Assembly: GCA_951406725.2 (NCBI GenBank)
Contig: OX597814.1
Location: forward strand, 193,874,001-193,938,000
Direction of reading: 5' to 3'
Length of the DNA: 64,000 bases
From: Octopus vulgaris
Lineage: Eukaryota
Shown: positions 13,360-26,954 of the stretch, piece after piece
Position numbering within the stretch: the first letter of the stretch is position 1
Layout of the letters: each line of letters opens with the position of its first letter
Notes under the pieces: model-generated
Told to the model about the DNA's origin: nothing
Databases searched by the model: none
What the model saw: only the letters and a program-made list of their open reading frames with translations
Program-made: the position numbers and the translations under genes

Positions 13360-13845
13360 GTGTATGCATGTATGTGTGTGTGTATGTATGTATGTATGTA
13401 TGTATGTGTGTGTATGTATATGTGTATGTATGTATGTATGTGTCTATGTATGTATGTTGTATGTATTAATGTATGTATGTATGTATGAGTGTGTATGTAT
13501 GTATGTGTTGTATGTATTAATGTATGTATGTATGTATGTATGTGTGTGTATGTATGTATGTATGTATGTATGTGTATGTATGTATGTGTGTGTATGTATG
13601 TGTGTGTGTATGTATGCATGTGTTTATGTATGTATGTATGTGTGTATATATGTATGTATGTATGTGTGTATGTATGTATGTATATGTGTGTGTATGTGTG
13701 TATGTATGTATGTATGTATGTTTGCATGTATGTATGTATGTATGTATGTATGTTGTATGTATTAATGTATGTATGTATGTATGTGTGTGTATGTATGTAT
13801 GTATGTATGTATGTATGTATGTATGTATGTATATATGTATGCACA
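13360..13845. repeat. (TATG)n-based microsatellite
   Basis: Directly visible; recurring ttgtatgtattaatg variant unit. Confidence 0.95.
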
Positions 13846-13973
13846 TGATTCGCGTTGCCACTTCTTTCTCATCACTTCTCTATCAGTAATGGAAGCATGG
13901 CGGCGACGAAGAATACGGAGAGAAAAAGAAGGAAAGAATAAAGGGAACAACAAACAGAAAGAGAGAGAAAGAT

Positions 13974-14031
<58 letters not shown>

Positions 14032-14614
14032 CGATGTCTCTAGATATGAAACCTCTTACCAATAACACAAATATCTTGTTAATTGAGGCCATTTGGCGAA
14101 AAATGGATTTCCTAAATGGACGTAGTTTTTTTCTTTCAACCATTTTTTTGTCTGTCTTTATTTACCTTTCTTTCTTCCTTCTTTCATTTCTTTCTTCCTT
14201 TACCGTCCTTTCATTCAGAATTTCTTTTATTTATTTATTTATTTATTTATTTGCCTATTTCATTCAGTTTTGTGTCTTTTCTATTTTCGTTATTATTTGT
14301 TTTTTTCCTTTTTTTCTGGCGGCGGGGGGAGGTGTGTATGTTTGTGGGGGAGGAGGTATGGAGATATATTTTCATTTTTTTCTTTTCCTGTTTGTTTTGT
14401 TTATATATTATTTACTATTTATTATTTTTTGCAAGTATATTTTGGGTTGCTGGCAACGGAGTGGAATTTACTTTCTTTTCTCTTTTGACAGATTGTTTAA
14501 TTTATACCACCTTTCTTAACAAACATTCGTAAAAAAATACAAAAACAATCCTCTACACGCGCAGGCGCACACACAGAATTACTTCCACACGCATATATAT
14601 ATATATATATAATT

Positions 14615-14813
14615 CTTTGCAGTCATTTGACTGCGGCCATGCTGGAGCACTGCCTTTACTCGAAAAAATCAACCCCAAGATTTATTCTTTGTAGGCCTTG
14701 TACTACTTATTCTATCGGTCTCTTTTGCCGAACAGCTAAGTTACGGAGACGTAAGCACACCAGCATCAGTTGTAAAGCGATGGTGGGGGTAGAAACACAG
14801 ACATACAGACATA

Positions 14814-14820
<7 letters not shown>
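14615..14820 (-). mobile_element. SINE family A, 3' half
   Basis: cagtcatttgactgcggccatgctggagcac... Confidence 0.85.
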
Positions 14821-14868
<48 letters not shown>

Positions 14869-15019
14869 GCAGAATTACTCGGACCTTTGAGGCGAAACAA
14901 GGCACCGGCTTTGTTTATAATTTCAGCGAATAAACTGTTTGCTAATCAGTGCTACCAACCTTAAAAAGATAACGAGTGCCTATCTACCTATCTATCTATC
15001 TACCTATCTATTTATCTAA

Positions 15020-15061
<42 letters not shown>

Positions 15062-15067
15062 ATATAT

Positions 15068-15465
15068 GCGCGCAGGAGTGGCTGTGTGGGAAGAAGCTTG
15101 CTTCCCAACCACATGGTTCCGTGATCTGTCCTACTGCGCGGCACCGTTGGCTAGTGTCTTCTGTTATAGCTTCGGACCGACCAAAGCTTTGCAAGTGGAT
15201 TTGGTAGACGGAAACTGAAAGTAGCCCGTCGTATGTATATGTGTGTGTGTGTGTGTGTATGTATTTGTGGGTCTGTCTTTGTCTCCCCCACCATCGCGTG
15301 ACAACCGATGTTGGTATGTTTATGTCCCTGTAAATAGCGGTTCGGCAAAGGTGACTGATAGAATAAGTATTAGGCTTGCAAAGAAACAGTTCTGGGGTCG
15401 ATTTGTCCGACCAAAAGCAGTACTCCAGCATGGCCGTAGTCAAATGACGGAAAGAAATAAAAGGA
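15068..15465 (+). mobile_element. SINE family A, full length, diverged
   Basis: gcgcaggagtggctgtgtgg head through cagcatggccgtagtcaaatgac tail. Confidence 0.85.
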
Positions 15466-15759
15466 TATATATATAATATATAAATATATTTGCATGCTCT
15501 CTCGTTGCTCGCACGTGACCATCGGTTATCTATCTTTTCCTAACTTGAATTTCTTTCTTTCTGATCACCCGCAGGGATAAGACGCATTCTTGTCTGTCTC
15601 CTGTCAGAGCTTGTTCCTCCGTGTTCACCAACTCAACTCGTTCAAGCTTAGCACACCTTCCTGCTTGTTTTCACTAACCTGATTTTGTTATCAACTTTGA
15701 CCCACCACAAAATCCCAAATTTCATTTAATTCGCTTTGCGGGCGCAACTATTTTTATTT

Positions 15760-16290
15760 TATTTTATCGACCCCGAGATGATGAAAATCAAAGTTGACCT
15801 CGGCGAACGTAAAGACAGGCAAAATGCTGCTAAGCATTTTGTCCGGCATGCTAACGATTCTGCCGTCTTTCCACCTTATCGCCTCCTCAGGTCATTGGTT
15901 TCAAATTCTGGCACAGGACCAGCAATTCTGGGGAGGAACGTGTCGTTTACATCAATCTCAATGATCAACTGGTACTTGTTGCAATTTTTCCGACTTCTTA
16001 ATAGTTCTGCCACCTCACCGCCTTATCACCTTCTAAGAATATTAAAAGTCGAAAACAGATATTGCTAGCAATACAATATATAATCCTGTCTAGTATAGGC
16101 ACGTGGCCTGAAATTTTGAGGGGGGGGAGGTCTGGTCGATTAGATCGACCCCAGTACACAACTGGTACTTAATTTATCAACCCCCGAAAGGATGAAAGGC
16201 AAAGTCGACCTCGGTAGAATTTGAACTCAGAACGTAATGGCAGACGAAATACGGCTACGCATTTCGCCCGAAGTGCTAACGTTTCTGCCT
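15760..16290 (-). mobile_element. Cluster of SINE family C copies (old fragments and one younger copy at 16090-16290)
   Basis: Repeated gctaacgattctgcc, atgaaaggcaaagtcgacctcgg motifs. Confidence 0.75.
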
Positions 16291-16383
16291 TAGCAATACA
16301 ACATATAATAATACACAGTATATACCAATTTCAGGCACCGACACAAACTTTACAAAGGAAAGGAAAAGAAGGGGTGGGTAGGA

Positions 16384-16414
<31 letters not shown>

Positions 16415-17073
16415 AGGAGGGAGAGACGTTATGATTTATGAAAGAAAGTGGGAGAAATAAGAACTACAACAAAAATACTTCATATAAGAATTAAAATAAA
16501 ATAGGGAACGCTGGAAACTATTGCTGGGTAAATATACCATCGAAATAAGGTCAACAGGAAACTAGAGGTGTAGACGGGAGGGGACAGGGACAGGAGGTGG
16601 GGGCGAGTACTTGTGAACATGTGCTGGGTAAGTGTTGCCACTGTTCCAGGTTATAGAAAATATATACCCGTCTAATATGTATGTAAATTATTGTTACATT
16701 TCACTCACGCATTCACATATAAACATGCATATAAACATACAGACAGACAGACATACAGACAGACTGACTGACTGACAGACCGACAGACGTGCCACACACA
16801 CACACACATACACACGCAGATACGCACATTCGCGCGCACATACACCTGGAAGAGGGTGTAGATTTTTGAATAGTTGTGTGAAAGCCGTGTTCTCAGAAAT
16901 ACTCCCTCTGCGACATTACTAGACTTAATGGTCAAAAGGAAACCCATGGGTTTCTTTGTTAAAAGCGCGTCGCAGCCTTCAACACAGCCCATCCTTGAAT
17001 ACTATAACAGGCAAAAGTAAAATGAATTACATATATATTATACATATACATACATACATATATATACATATAT

Positions 17074-17151
<78 letters not shown>

Positions 17152-17450
17152 TAAATGAAAGAATGGAGTCGACTCCATTCTTTCATTTATTCATATAAAA
17201 AACACACAAATTTCCACACAAGAACCGGGAGTTTCTACCCTTAACAGGTCGCTTCAAGCGTGTTTTCTGACGTGAATTTGCTACCCAGGTATCGGTTAAC
17301 CGAATTTTCCATGCTAGGATAATTCATTCACCTACCTATGAATATATATATACATATATATATAATAAATAATATCAGGGTAATAAATATTTTAGAAATT
17401 TTTACTACCTGTGGCCTAGCGTGTAGATAAATTAGCCAACAGACTATATA

Positions 17451-17834
17451 TCTCTCTCTATATAAACGGCAGTTTGTCTGTGCGTGTTTCTGTGTGTCTG
17501 TTTTCTTGTACCCTCACCCTGACCACGGCTTTCAACCGATTCTGATGAAACTTGACACACACATAGCCCAATGTCATAATTCAAAACTAACGCAGCGAAA
17601 ATTTTGAAAAGTTCCCCCAGTTCTGAAAAAAATCGATAAATTCGACATGGGGTCGAGAATTAGAAACACAAACAGCAAACTGTCTAGGGGACGCAACTCC
17701 ACCTTTTTTAACTAAAATAAAAATTTACCATCATTTTTTTTCCATCTTTTTGCTATTTTTTGGCTATAACTCTCTAAAAATGCTTTATAGTTATCTCCCT
17801 TACAAACCTGAGCAACGCCGGGCGATACTGCTAG
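17451..17834 (+). mobile_element. Non-autonomous Helitron
   Basis: 5' TC after A, 3' hairpin cctgagcaacgccggg (17807-17822) followed by CTAG then T (A|T target, no TSD); internal gtttgtctgt...caaccgattctgatgaaacttg typical of short Helitrons. Confidence 0.8.
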
Positions 17835-17959
17835 TTACTCATATAAATACAGTATACATTTAAACACAAAGTCCTTTCAAGTTTGGACTTTAGCTGTTCC
17901 TTCTAGCGTGAAAGGATTCCTATGAAGGATACCTCTTATGTGTTTAAATGTACACTCGC

Positions 17960-18163
17960 CACGTTGATTCGCTAGCCTCTTCACGCATTTTTTTCTCTCC
18001 TTGTTTCTTTCTGTGTTTCTTTTCTGTGTATCTTTCTGTTGAAGAGCGTAGGCTCGAAACGTAAAAGACTTGTTTTATTTATATTCCTGAGCGCCATACT
18101 AATACAATTGTTTGTTTGTATTCCACTTGCTTTCGTCTTTTGTTAATTTTCATAAAGCTTCCC

Positions 18164-18168
<5 letters not shown>
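17960..18168 (+). mobile_element. Penelope-like terminal-repeat fragment with hammerhead-like motif
   Basis: ctttCTGTTGAAgagcgtaggctcGAAAcgTAaaag; homologous to 3481-3680. Confidence 0.6.
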
Positions 18169-18233
<65 letters not shown>

Positions 18234-18234
<1 letters not shown>

Positions 18235-19509
18235 AAGGCCATCCCATAAGTTCTGTCCAATTTTACCTTTTTAAAATTGCTTCAAATTTAATAGTATTTT
18301 AGAATGTCTAATGGAATTAAAATTATTTTTATGCATTTGTGTACATTTAAACTAATTAAATATTATTTTATAGAAAAATAGAATTAAAATTTGTTTGATT
18401 AAAACCCTTTCTAACATGGAGGTATCCAAAGAGCATTTAAGCCACATGATGCTTTATGAGTACAAAAAAGGAAACTCTGCAGCCGAAGGGACTCGAAACA
18501 TACACTCAGTTTCTGGGAAAGAATGCTTCAATGAAAAAACTTACAGAAGATGGTGTGCAAAATTAAGAAGTGGAGATTTCAGCCTTGAAGATGAAGATCG
18601 AACAGGACGTCCAGTTAAGTTTGATGATAAGCTCTTTGAGAAAATCCTGCATTATCAGTTGAAGAATTGGCAATAAAGCTTAGTTCAAACCATACAACTG
18701 TTCATCGTCAATTTCAACAACTTGGAAAGTTTCCTAAACTTGGAAAATGGATGCCTCATGAATTGTCCGAAAGCAACTGCAAATCCCGAGTTGACATCTG
18801 CTCTTCTCTCCATTCTCGAGAACTCATTTCACCCTTTTTGGATAGACTTGTGACAGGTGATGAAAAATGATTCTTCAATCGAAATGTTAAACGTCGTAAA
18901 CAGTGGCTTCGTAAAAGGGAAAAAGCTCAACCACAACCGAGAAGGGAACTTCCTGGAAAAAAAGGCTCTTCTGTCTATCTAGTGGGATTGCAAAGGAGTA
19001 ATTCACTTTGAATTGTTACCACTTAATGTAACAATCAATGCTCAAGTCTACTGTCAGCAATTTGAGTGTTTGAACCAAGCTTTGAAGTAAAAAAGACCCG
19101 CTTTAGTGAATCGAATTGGAGTTATGTTTCATCAGGACAATACGCGACACCACACTGCAAAGACCACATCGCAGAAGATCGAAGAGCTTGGTTGGGAAAA
19201 AATTCCTCATCCATCTTATTCTCCCGACCTTGCTCATTCAGACTACCATTTGTTTTGTAGTTTACAGAATCATTTGGGGGACATAACTTTCACAAGCCAG
19301 GAGAATGTCGAAATTGACATTTCAGAGTTCTTCGCTTTGAAACCAAAAGAGTTTTACAGTGATGGGATTGAAAAGCTTGTAAATAGATGGAAGGAAGTCA
19401 TAGATAATCAGGGAAAGTACATTGATGATTAACTTTCAATTAAATATCACATTTGATCACTTGTTTTCCTTATTCAGAATTCGGACAGAACTTTCGGGAT
19501 AACCTGATA
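18234..19509 (+). mobile_element. Full-length mariner DNA transposon (~1.28 kb), inactive
   Basis: Imperfect TIRs aaggccatcccataagttctgtccaatt / aattcggacagaactttcgggataacctga, set in TA-repeat flanks and enclosing a transposase pseudogene. Confidence 0.95.
18416..19432 (+). pseudogene. Mariner D,D(34)D transposase pseudogene
   Basis: MEVSKEHL...RSGDFSLEDEDRTGRP, WMPHEL (WVPHEL motif), LVTGDEK*, FHQDNTR, HPSYSPDLAHSDYHLF; frameshifts and stops split it over several ORFs. Confidence 0.95.
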
Positions 19510-19515
19510 TACATA

Positions 19516-19568
<53 letters not shown>

Positions 19569-19589
19569 ATATATATATATATATATATA

Positions 19590-19957
19590 AGCACAGGAAA
19601 GGTTGTGTGGTAAGTAGTTTCCTTACCAACCACATGGTTCCGGTTTCAGTCCCACTACGTGGCACCTTGGGCAAGTGTCTTCTACTATAGCCTCGGGCCA
19701 ACCAATGCTTTGTGAGTGGATTTGGTAGACGAAACTAAAAGAAGCCCGTCGTATGTGTGTGTGTTTGTTCCCCCCAACATCGCTTGACAACCAATGTTGG
19801 TGTGTTTAGGCCCCCGTAACTTGGCGGTTCGGCAAAAGAACCCAATAGAATAAGTACCAGGTTTACAAAGAATAAGTACTGGGGGCTATTTGCTCGACTA
19901 AAGCGGTGCTCCAGCTTGGCTGCAGTCAAATGACAAACAAGTAAAAGAATAAAAGAA
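19590..19957 (+). mobile_element. SINE family A, full length
   Basis: Head, core and tail as in other copies. Confidence 0.9.
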
Positions 19958-20187
19958 TATATATATTCATTCTATTCTATTTATATACACCTGTATCAAA
20001 CGCATAATACCTCATTTATAGACGCACACACAATATATATAGTATACACTATACACATATATGCACACCTCATTTATGTAACATTTATACACATGCATGC
20101 ACACGCATGCAAACACATGCGCGTGCGCACTCATGCACACACATTTGTATACATACATGTGTGTACGTGTGTGTGCATATATATGTA

Positions 20188-20870
20188 CTAGTAGGCAATC
20201 GTGGAAAATCCACGGTTGATAAATATTCAGTGATGAAATTAATTAGCTGCGGTGAAATGTATTGAATGTATTAGTTGAATATAATAATACAAATTCCGGA
20301 TCTATTCGGTTTGGCTGCCATCACTTCTGTTCGAATTGATTTCATATTCAGTGTAATGATACACTTTTATTGGCTAATGAATGGCATGAAAATCATTTTT
20401 GCTATAAATCAATAAAGAGATATTAGCAATTAAAGCTTGAAAATTTGGGGTAATTTTAGCCAATCGTAAGCCACAGACACATTCATGCCTGTTCTCATAG
20501 TAACAAGCGGAACATGAGAACTCTTTTGTCTGCGAGAAAACACGTATTGACAAATATATTGAAACCACTTGTTTTACCTATCTGTTGACAATTGAGCATG
20601 TGAACTTATGAACTGGTCAACAAAATGTTTGTTTTTTAAAGTAATTAATTTGTAATGTGCTATTTTGTTTTTGGATAAATCTTTTAGACTCGTACATCGC
20701 ATTAAATGCACATTGAATGCTTAAAACTACAAAATATGCCGTTTACTCGTTTCTTTTTGTCATTGCGGTGGTTGTGAGGCGTGCTAAAAATAACTGCTAA
20801 ATAATGTTTTTGAATAAATCTTTTAAGTTCGTGCTATCGCAATGCTTAAAACTGCAAAAGACGTGTTACT
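20188..20870 (-). mobile_element. Probable Helitron 3' end (5' extent uncertain)
   Basis: Minus strand ends in hairpin cgtggattttccacg, 8 nt, then CTAG|T at 20188-20191. Confidence 0.5.
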
Positions 20871-20974
20871 TATTCTTTCTTGACAACACGTACTATTTTC
20901 AGCATGTAGACAACATTTGCAGTCACGCACAAAATGACAGCTTCCAAATCCTGTTTTTTGACTCTGTGAAAATG

Positions 20975-21110
20975 ATCAGTTGGTTCGATCAACCTGAACA
21001 GCCTGCTCTTGAAATTAACGTGCAAGCGGCTGATCACTCCACAGACATGCGTACCCTTAATGTAGTTCTCAGGGAGATTCAGCGTGACTCACCGAATGCG
21101 ACAAGGCTTG
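20975..21110 (-). mobile_element. SINE family B tail fragment
   Basis: gaacagcctgctc...gtacccttaatgtagttctcagggagattcagcgtgac. Confidence 0.8.
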
Positions 21111-21254
21111 CTCGTATATTAATGAGCCAAGTTTTCGATAAACTTTAATTTTTGAAATGCTGGCAACGAAACCAAACAGATCCCAATTCAAGAACTAATA
21201 AAATATATTTACATATTATATATGAGAGAGGATAGGCAGAGAAACAGACAAACA

Positions 21255-21263
21255 AATAAATAA

Positions 21264-21328
<65 letters not shown>

Positions 21329-21392
21329 CAGACAGACTGACTGGCTGGCTGACTGACTGACTGACTGACTGACAGACAGACAGACATACATT

Positions 21393-21437
<45 letters not shown>

Positions 21438-21498
21438 TAGATAGATAGATAGATAGCGATAGATAGATAGATAGAGAGATAGAGAGATAGATAGATAA
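21255..21498. repeat. (GATA)n/(GACT)n/(GACA)n compound microsatellite
   Basis: Directly visible. Confidence 0.95.
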
Positions 21499-22511
21499 GG
21501 CTTCAACGATTGATATTAATAGTAATGAGTGTAATGTAACTGTGTAAATTACATATGTCAAACTGACGCATATTAAATAAGAGCACTGTGTTTAGTAAAA
21601 GTGAAAACAGCTCTACAGATGATCACGAAATCTAAAACTAAGAAATATCATAATTTATTTTTGTAATTTTTTAATTTTTAAAAAAGTTCAAATTAGTTCA
21701 AACCAGAGAGACGGGAAGAAAATCAGTGTTTTTATAAAAAGAAATCAGAAAGGTGATGAGTTTTGAAAGCAGCGTGTGTGGCAAGGTCCCAGGAAGGAAT
21801 TTCATAGACTTTTGATTCTTTGTTGGGAGGTCCCTGATAAGGCCTCCCAACTCCACGGCTACCCCTCTCATGAGAGATCTAATCACATAGAAGCTGCAAT
21901 GTCATTACCCAGAACCTCTACGTAAAGCTCTTTTGTGTACATGCCTCGATGTATACCTCTCTGACAATCACTTGACTTCTCTTAAGAACTTGTCTGATTC
22001 GCGAATTCTTAACGTTTTAAACAAACAGGCAGCCCAGATTCAAGAGGAGTTTTGAAAGCAGCGTGTGTGGCAAGGTCCCAGGAAGGAACGTGGCGATGGT
22101 TTGCCTGGCTGATTACGAGATGCCCTTTAGAATCGTTAGCACCTCCAGCTGTTAAACTCCAACGTGGTAGACACTGGCTGCTCGTGTTTTATACGTATCG
22201 TGTTTAATATATCCTCTTTCTTCTGCCGTTTTACCACAGCAGTTCGGGGTTCGATTTACTCCGCCTCACAGAACCCACGTTTCAGGCCTTGTGTCTATAA
22301 TAGAAAGGATGATACCTGAAGAATCAGCTACAAAAGCTATGCCTTTATATCGACGAACTTTGTTAAGCTTTGTCTGATTGTTGAAAGAAAAGGACCAATG
22401 GTCAATAGTTTAAAGTCTTGCGGTAATGTAATTCATTGAAAATATTTTAACAAAGCAAGCAATCCTGTTCATTTCGTCTGCAACAAAATGTTAGATTATT
22501 CAGGCCAACAT

Positions 22512-22842
22512 CTGGCACTCCGTCAGTTACGACGACGAGTGCTCCAGTTGGTTCGATCAACGGAACAGCCTGCTCGTGAAATTAACCTGCAAGCGGCTGA
22601 GCACTCCACAGACACGCGTACCCTTAATGTAGATCTGAAGGAGATTCAGCGTAACTGGCCTGAATGTGACAAAGCTTTTCCCTTTTTGCTGGAGCATTAC
22701 AGGTAAACTCATTCCGCCAGCTGAGTGGACTGGAGCAGTTTGAAATAGTCTTTTGCTCAAGGACAACACTCCACTAGAAATCGAACTCAGAACCTTACGA
22801 TAGTGAACCGAATAACCTAACCACTAAGCCATGCACCATCAC
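22512..22842 (-). mobile_element. SINE family B, full length
   Basis: Minus head gcatggcttagtggttaggttattcgg...gagttcgattt; B body and tail. Confidence 0.85.
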
Positions 22843-22891
22843 TGAGACACTGATTATTCCAATATAACCTGCCTGAAGGACCCTATGCACC

Positions 22892-23049
22892 TAGGGCGGG
22901 CTCAAGGTGCCGGCAACTCGGGCAGTCACCCGGGTGCCACGTGCTTTTTAGTCTACATTTTCAGTTTTTACTCCTTGTGAAGCATTATACTTGTAAGGGC
23001 GCCGAAGTTCAGTTTGCCCAGGGCACCAGCAACCCTAGGGCCGGCCCTA
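22892..23049. mobile_element. hAT-type MITE (158 bp)
   Basis: Imperfect TIRs tagggcgggctc / agggccggcccta and a perfect 8-bp TSD tatgcacc (22884-22891; 23050-23057). Confidence 0.85.
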
Positions 23050-23161
23050 TATGCACCTACCAGCGAAACTCATAGCAGAAAGAGACTGACTCGACCAAAA
23101 TAAACCATTAATCTCTATTATCGTGTCAAGTACTCTATCTTTGTCCGACTAATAACACTGA

Positions 23162-23201
<40 letters not shown>

Positions 23202-24217
23202 ACTCTACAGATGATCACGAAAACTGGGACAATAAAAAATATCAACAAGGCCTTAAGATTTAAAGGTTGAATGGTTTTGAAAAAGAATTACGAAAATAAC
23301 AAAAAACCTCCCTTTTCAAAAAAAAAGAAGTATTTTTTTTTTTTTTTTGTAACCTTGCCACCAAGCAGGTGGCCGGTCAAAAATAAACTCTAAAATTCCA
23401 ATCGGAACACACACACACACTCACACACATACACACACACACACACACACACGCACACACACACACACATGCACGCACACACACAGGCACGCACTTGCAC
23501 ACGCACGCGCGTAATCACGCACACAAAAGCGCAGTCGTTAAACGACCGAGCAAGTAAATACATGCGTATGTGTGCGTGTGCGTATTGTAAGCTCCCTTAT
23601 GTTTTCCGTTTGCCTGGCTGATTACATTGCCCTTTAGATGTAAAACACCTCCAGCTGTTAAACTCCAACGTGGTAGACACTGGCTGCTCGTCCTTCTTAT
23701 CTATCGTGTTTAATATATTTTTCTTCTCCGTTTTACCACAGCAGTTTTCCATTTACTCCGCCTCACAGAACCCACGTTTAACCTTCCTTGTCTTTATGAA
23801 TGAACGGGTGGCGGCGGAATCCATTACAGATGACTGGAGTTAGTTAAGATAGTATGGGTGGGGGGAGGTAGAGAGATTAATGAAACACTGACAGGAGAGA
23901 GGAGTTAATAAGATTTATACGCTCTTAAGAGAAATTCATTTTATTTCAATCCAATATTTGAAACATATTTTAACACTTTAACAATCAAACCAACCAAATC
24001 AGTCGCTAACAAAAAAAGAAAAAAATGACATTTACATTTGTTGTATTCAGTGAGGTTTGACACGAGATCTTGCAAGACAACCATCACTGCCAAATTAAAC
24101 AAGAAAGAAAAAATGGATTTAAGCTGACACCCGCCATTCATTCATCCCGATTCTTGATTTTTTTTTTATTTTTAATCTTTTTGTTAGGAGGGAAGGTACG
24201 TGGCCTAATCGTTAGAT

Positions 24218-24418
24218 CAGTGCTTTTCAAACTTTTTGCTGGAGCAGAACCCCAAGGAAACATTCCACTGGCTCGAGGAACCCCTGTGCAATAATTTAAT
24301 AGTCTTATGCACACATATCTGCACAGGAGAATTAAAAATTACTGTCGATTTTAGCAGTTTTGTAACTTCTTGCAGAACCCCTGGACTGTACTGGCGGAAC
24401 CCTGGTTGAAAACCACTG
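24218..24418. mobile_element. hAT (Charlie-like) MITE inserted in an old SINE head
   Basis: TIRs cagtgcttttcaa / ttgaaaaccactg; 8-bp TSD cgttagat / cgttaggg; the flanks rejoin as a tRNA-like SINE (gtggcctaatcgttagggtg...ttgtgttcttgagc). Confidence 0.85.
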
Positions 24419-24844
24419 CGTTAGGGTGTTGCTTTCACGGTTACAGTATTGCTTTCAAGATTGTGGTCTCGACTCCCGAACCTGTCGATATGTTGTGTTC
24501 TTGAGCTAATCATTTCATTTCACATAGCATCAGTCCATTCAGTTGGATATGAGTGATCCTGCGACGAACTGGCGTTCCATGCAGGGGAAATGTTATGATC
24601 TCAGTCACTGAAATGCCAGCGTTAAAAAACTTCTTCAGCGTTCTTTCTGATTTCTTCTTCACTCAACAATGACCTTTCTTAATTCACCATTGTACCATGT
24701 TATTCAATGTTTGATTATTAATACCGAGAAAAAAAATTGTTATTTTTTTCAATTGGGCTTTCCTCGTTGATACCACCAAGCATTTCGCCCGGTGTGCAAA
24801 CGTTTCTTCTGTCGCCTCGCTTCCTTAATGCAGCAGTTATATTC

Positions 24845-25220
24845 TTTTCTATTCTATGCACAAGACCCGAAATTTCGGAGGAGGGGCCAGTCGATTACAT
24901 CGACCACAGGACGCAACTGGTACTTAATTTATCGAGCCCGAAAGGATGGAAAGCAAAGTCGACCTCGGCGGAATTTGAACTCTGAACGTAAAGACGCACG
25001 AAATACCTATTTCTTCACTACCCACAAGGGGCTAAACACAAAGAGGACAAACAAACGGATTAAGTCGATTATATCGACCCCAGTGCGTAACTGGTACTTA
25101 TTTAATCGATCCCGAAAGGATGAAAGGCAAAGTCGACCTCGGCAGAATTTGAACTCAGAACGGAACGGCAGACGAAATACGGCTACGCATTTCGCCCGGC
25201 GTGCTAACGTTTCTGCCAGC
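24845..25220 (-). mobile_element. Dimeric SINE family C (followed by a SINE A fragment to ~25345)
   Basis: Two C bodies in tandem with junction aagaaatag|gtatttcg at ~25006. Confidence 0.85.
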
Positions 25221-25619
25221 CCGGGCTTTGGTCGGCCCGAGGCTATAGTAGAAGACACTTGACCAAGGTGCTACGCAGTGGGACTGAACCCGGAACCATG
25301 TGGTTCGTTAGCAAGCTACTTACCACAGAGCCACTCCTACGCCTTTGTGGCAAAATTTGAAACCATCATCTTAATACAATGGATATGCTGATTTAACAGG
25401 CCGAAGATAACAGGAGTTGGTCCGTAAAATTGTAAAATAAAAATACGATTTTCACATCTTGTGTGTGAGACGAACAGACATCGGTGATTACAGTTTCATG
25501 TATATATGAAGAAAAAACAGTCGTATTATTTTTCTTCATTTCAATCCTTACTTTCCACTTCAGTGCATTTCGTTTACTTTGTTCTTATCAACAATAAACG
25601 TGGAATAAGGGTTCGCTGT

Positions 25620-25662
25620 TGCTGCTGTTATTTTGTTGTTGTTATTGTTGGTGTTGTTGTTG

Positions 25663-25694
<32 letters not shown>

Positions 25695-25706
25695 GGTGGT
25701 GGTGGT

Positions 25707-25743
<37 letters not shown>

Positions 25744-25862
25744 GTGGTCGTAGTGGTGGTGGCGGTTGTCGTGGTGGTGGTGGTGGTCGTGGTGGTCGTG
25801 GTGGTGGTGGTCGTCGTCGTCGTCTACGTCGTGGTCGTGGTGGTGGTCGTGGTGGTGGCTGA
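25620..25862. repeat. (GTT)/(GGT)/(GGC)/(CGT) triplet microsatellite
   Basis: Directly visible. Confidence 0.9.
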
Positions 25863-26479
25863 GTGGTAATGATGATGAAACAACGATAACGACAACAACA
25901 TCATCGACGGCTTTCCACGAGACACGACATTGTTGCTAAGACCATTCACAATGAATGCTGTTTCGCGGGAAGAATTGTCCCAACAGTTATTTATACAAAA
26001 AAAGAAAAAAAGATAGGAGCCAGCACCAGAATGTATTTACACCTTTAAAAATACAGAACACTGGTGGAACATTCTAATAAAGTCACCAACCAGATGCAAA
26101 CACAATAGGCGTGATATTGCTCTATGAGGCAGGCAACAAAACTCAGTTCTCTGTTGTAGAGACCAACGGACCAATGAATGCGAACATCTACAATGAACTC
26201 ATGAGAAACTTATATCTATTTTATCTAGGTAATAAATTTTCATTTGTACTTATTATCACAGGTAGACCGGGCTACGTAACAACAGATTTACATAAAACGC
26301 ATAGAAATTCTGAGGCCCTCCATCGAAGAACAAAGCAAAGTGACTTACATCTTCCGAATATAATAGATTAATGGTAGAATGACTATTAATAAAACATATC
26401 AAGGATTCTCCGCTTGAGTTCCCTTAAATGAACAATTGCACACAATCGCATGTATACATAAAGAGTAATAAAATAAATT

Positions 26480-26840
26480 TATAGGCGTGGCTCTGCGGTG
26501 AGAAGTTTACTTGCCAACCGCAAGGTTTCAGGTTCAGTTCCAATACATGGGCACTCGGGCTAACCAATATCTTCTGAGTGAGCGGATTTGGTAGACGGAA
26601 AATGCGTGGAAGCCCTATACGTGTGGGGGAAAAGGGATCATTGTGTTTGCCCCGCCACTGGCGCTTGACAACCGGAATTGCTTTGTTTACGTTCCCGTAA
26701 GTTAGCGATTCGGCAAACGAATTTAATAGAATAAGTACCAGACTTTAAAATAAATGCTATGGTCGATTTATTTGACTAAACCTGTCAAGGCGATGCTTCG
26801 GCATGGCCGCAGCCCAGTGACTGATACAAGTAAAAGATAA
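26480..26840 (+). mobile_element. SINE family A, old copy
   Basis: Diverged head and tail (ggatttggtagacggaaa; catggccgcagcccagtgactgatacaagtaaaaga). Confidence 0.75.
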
Positions 26841-26954
26841 ACAATAAATATGTGCTGAAGGCACATATACACCTATTACACAAGTGCAAGTTATCCACAT
26901 TCACCAACTCATTCACATATTCACAAATTCCAGGAACAGTCCTGGTTCAAACAA

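Noticed and set aside
14034-14532. Hydrophobic membrane-like ORFs
   Set aside because: T-rich low-complexity sequence open in all three frames.
16560-16634. Donor-like ctgg|gtaagt
   Set aside because: Isolated motif with no supportable exon.
25506-25862. Gly/Arg-rich ORF
   Set aside because: Triplet microsatellite.
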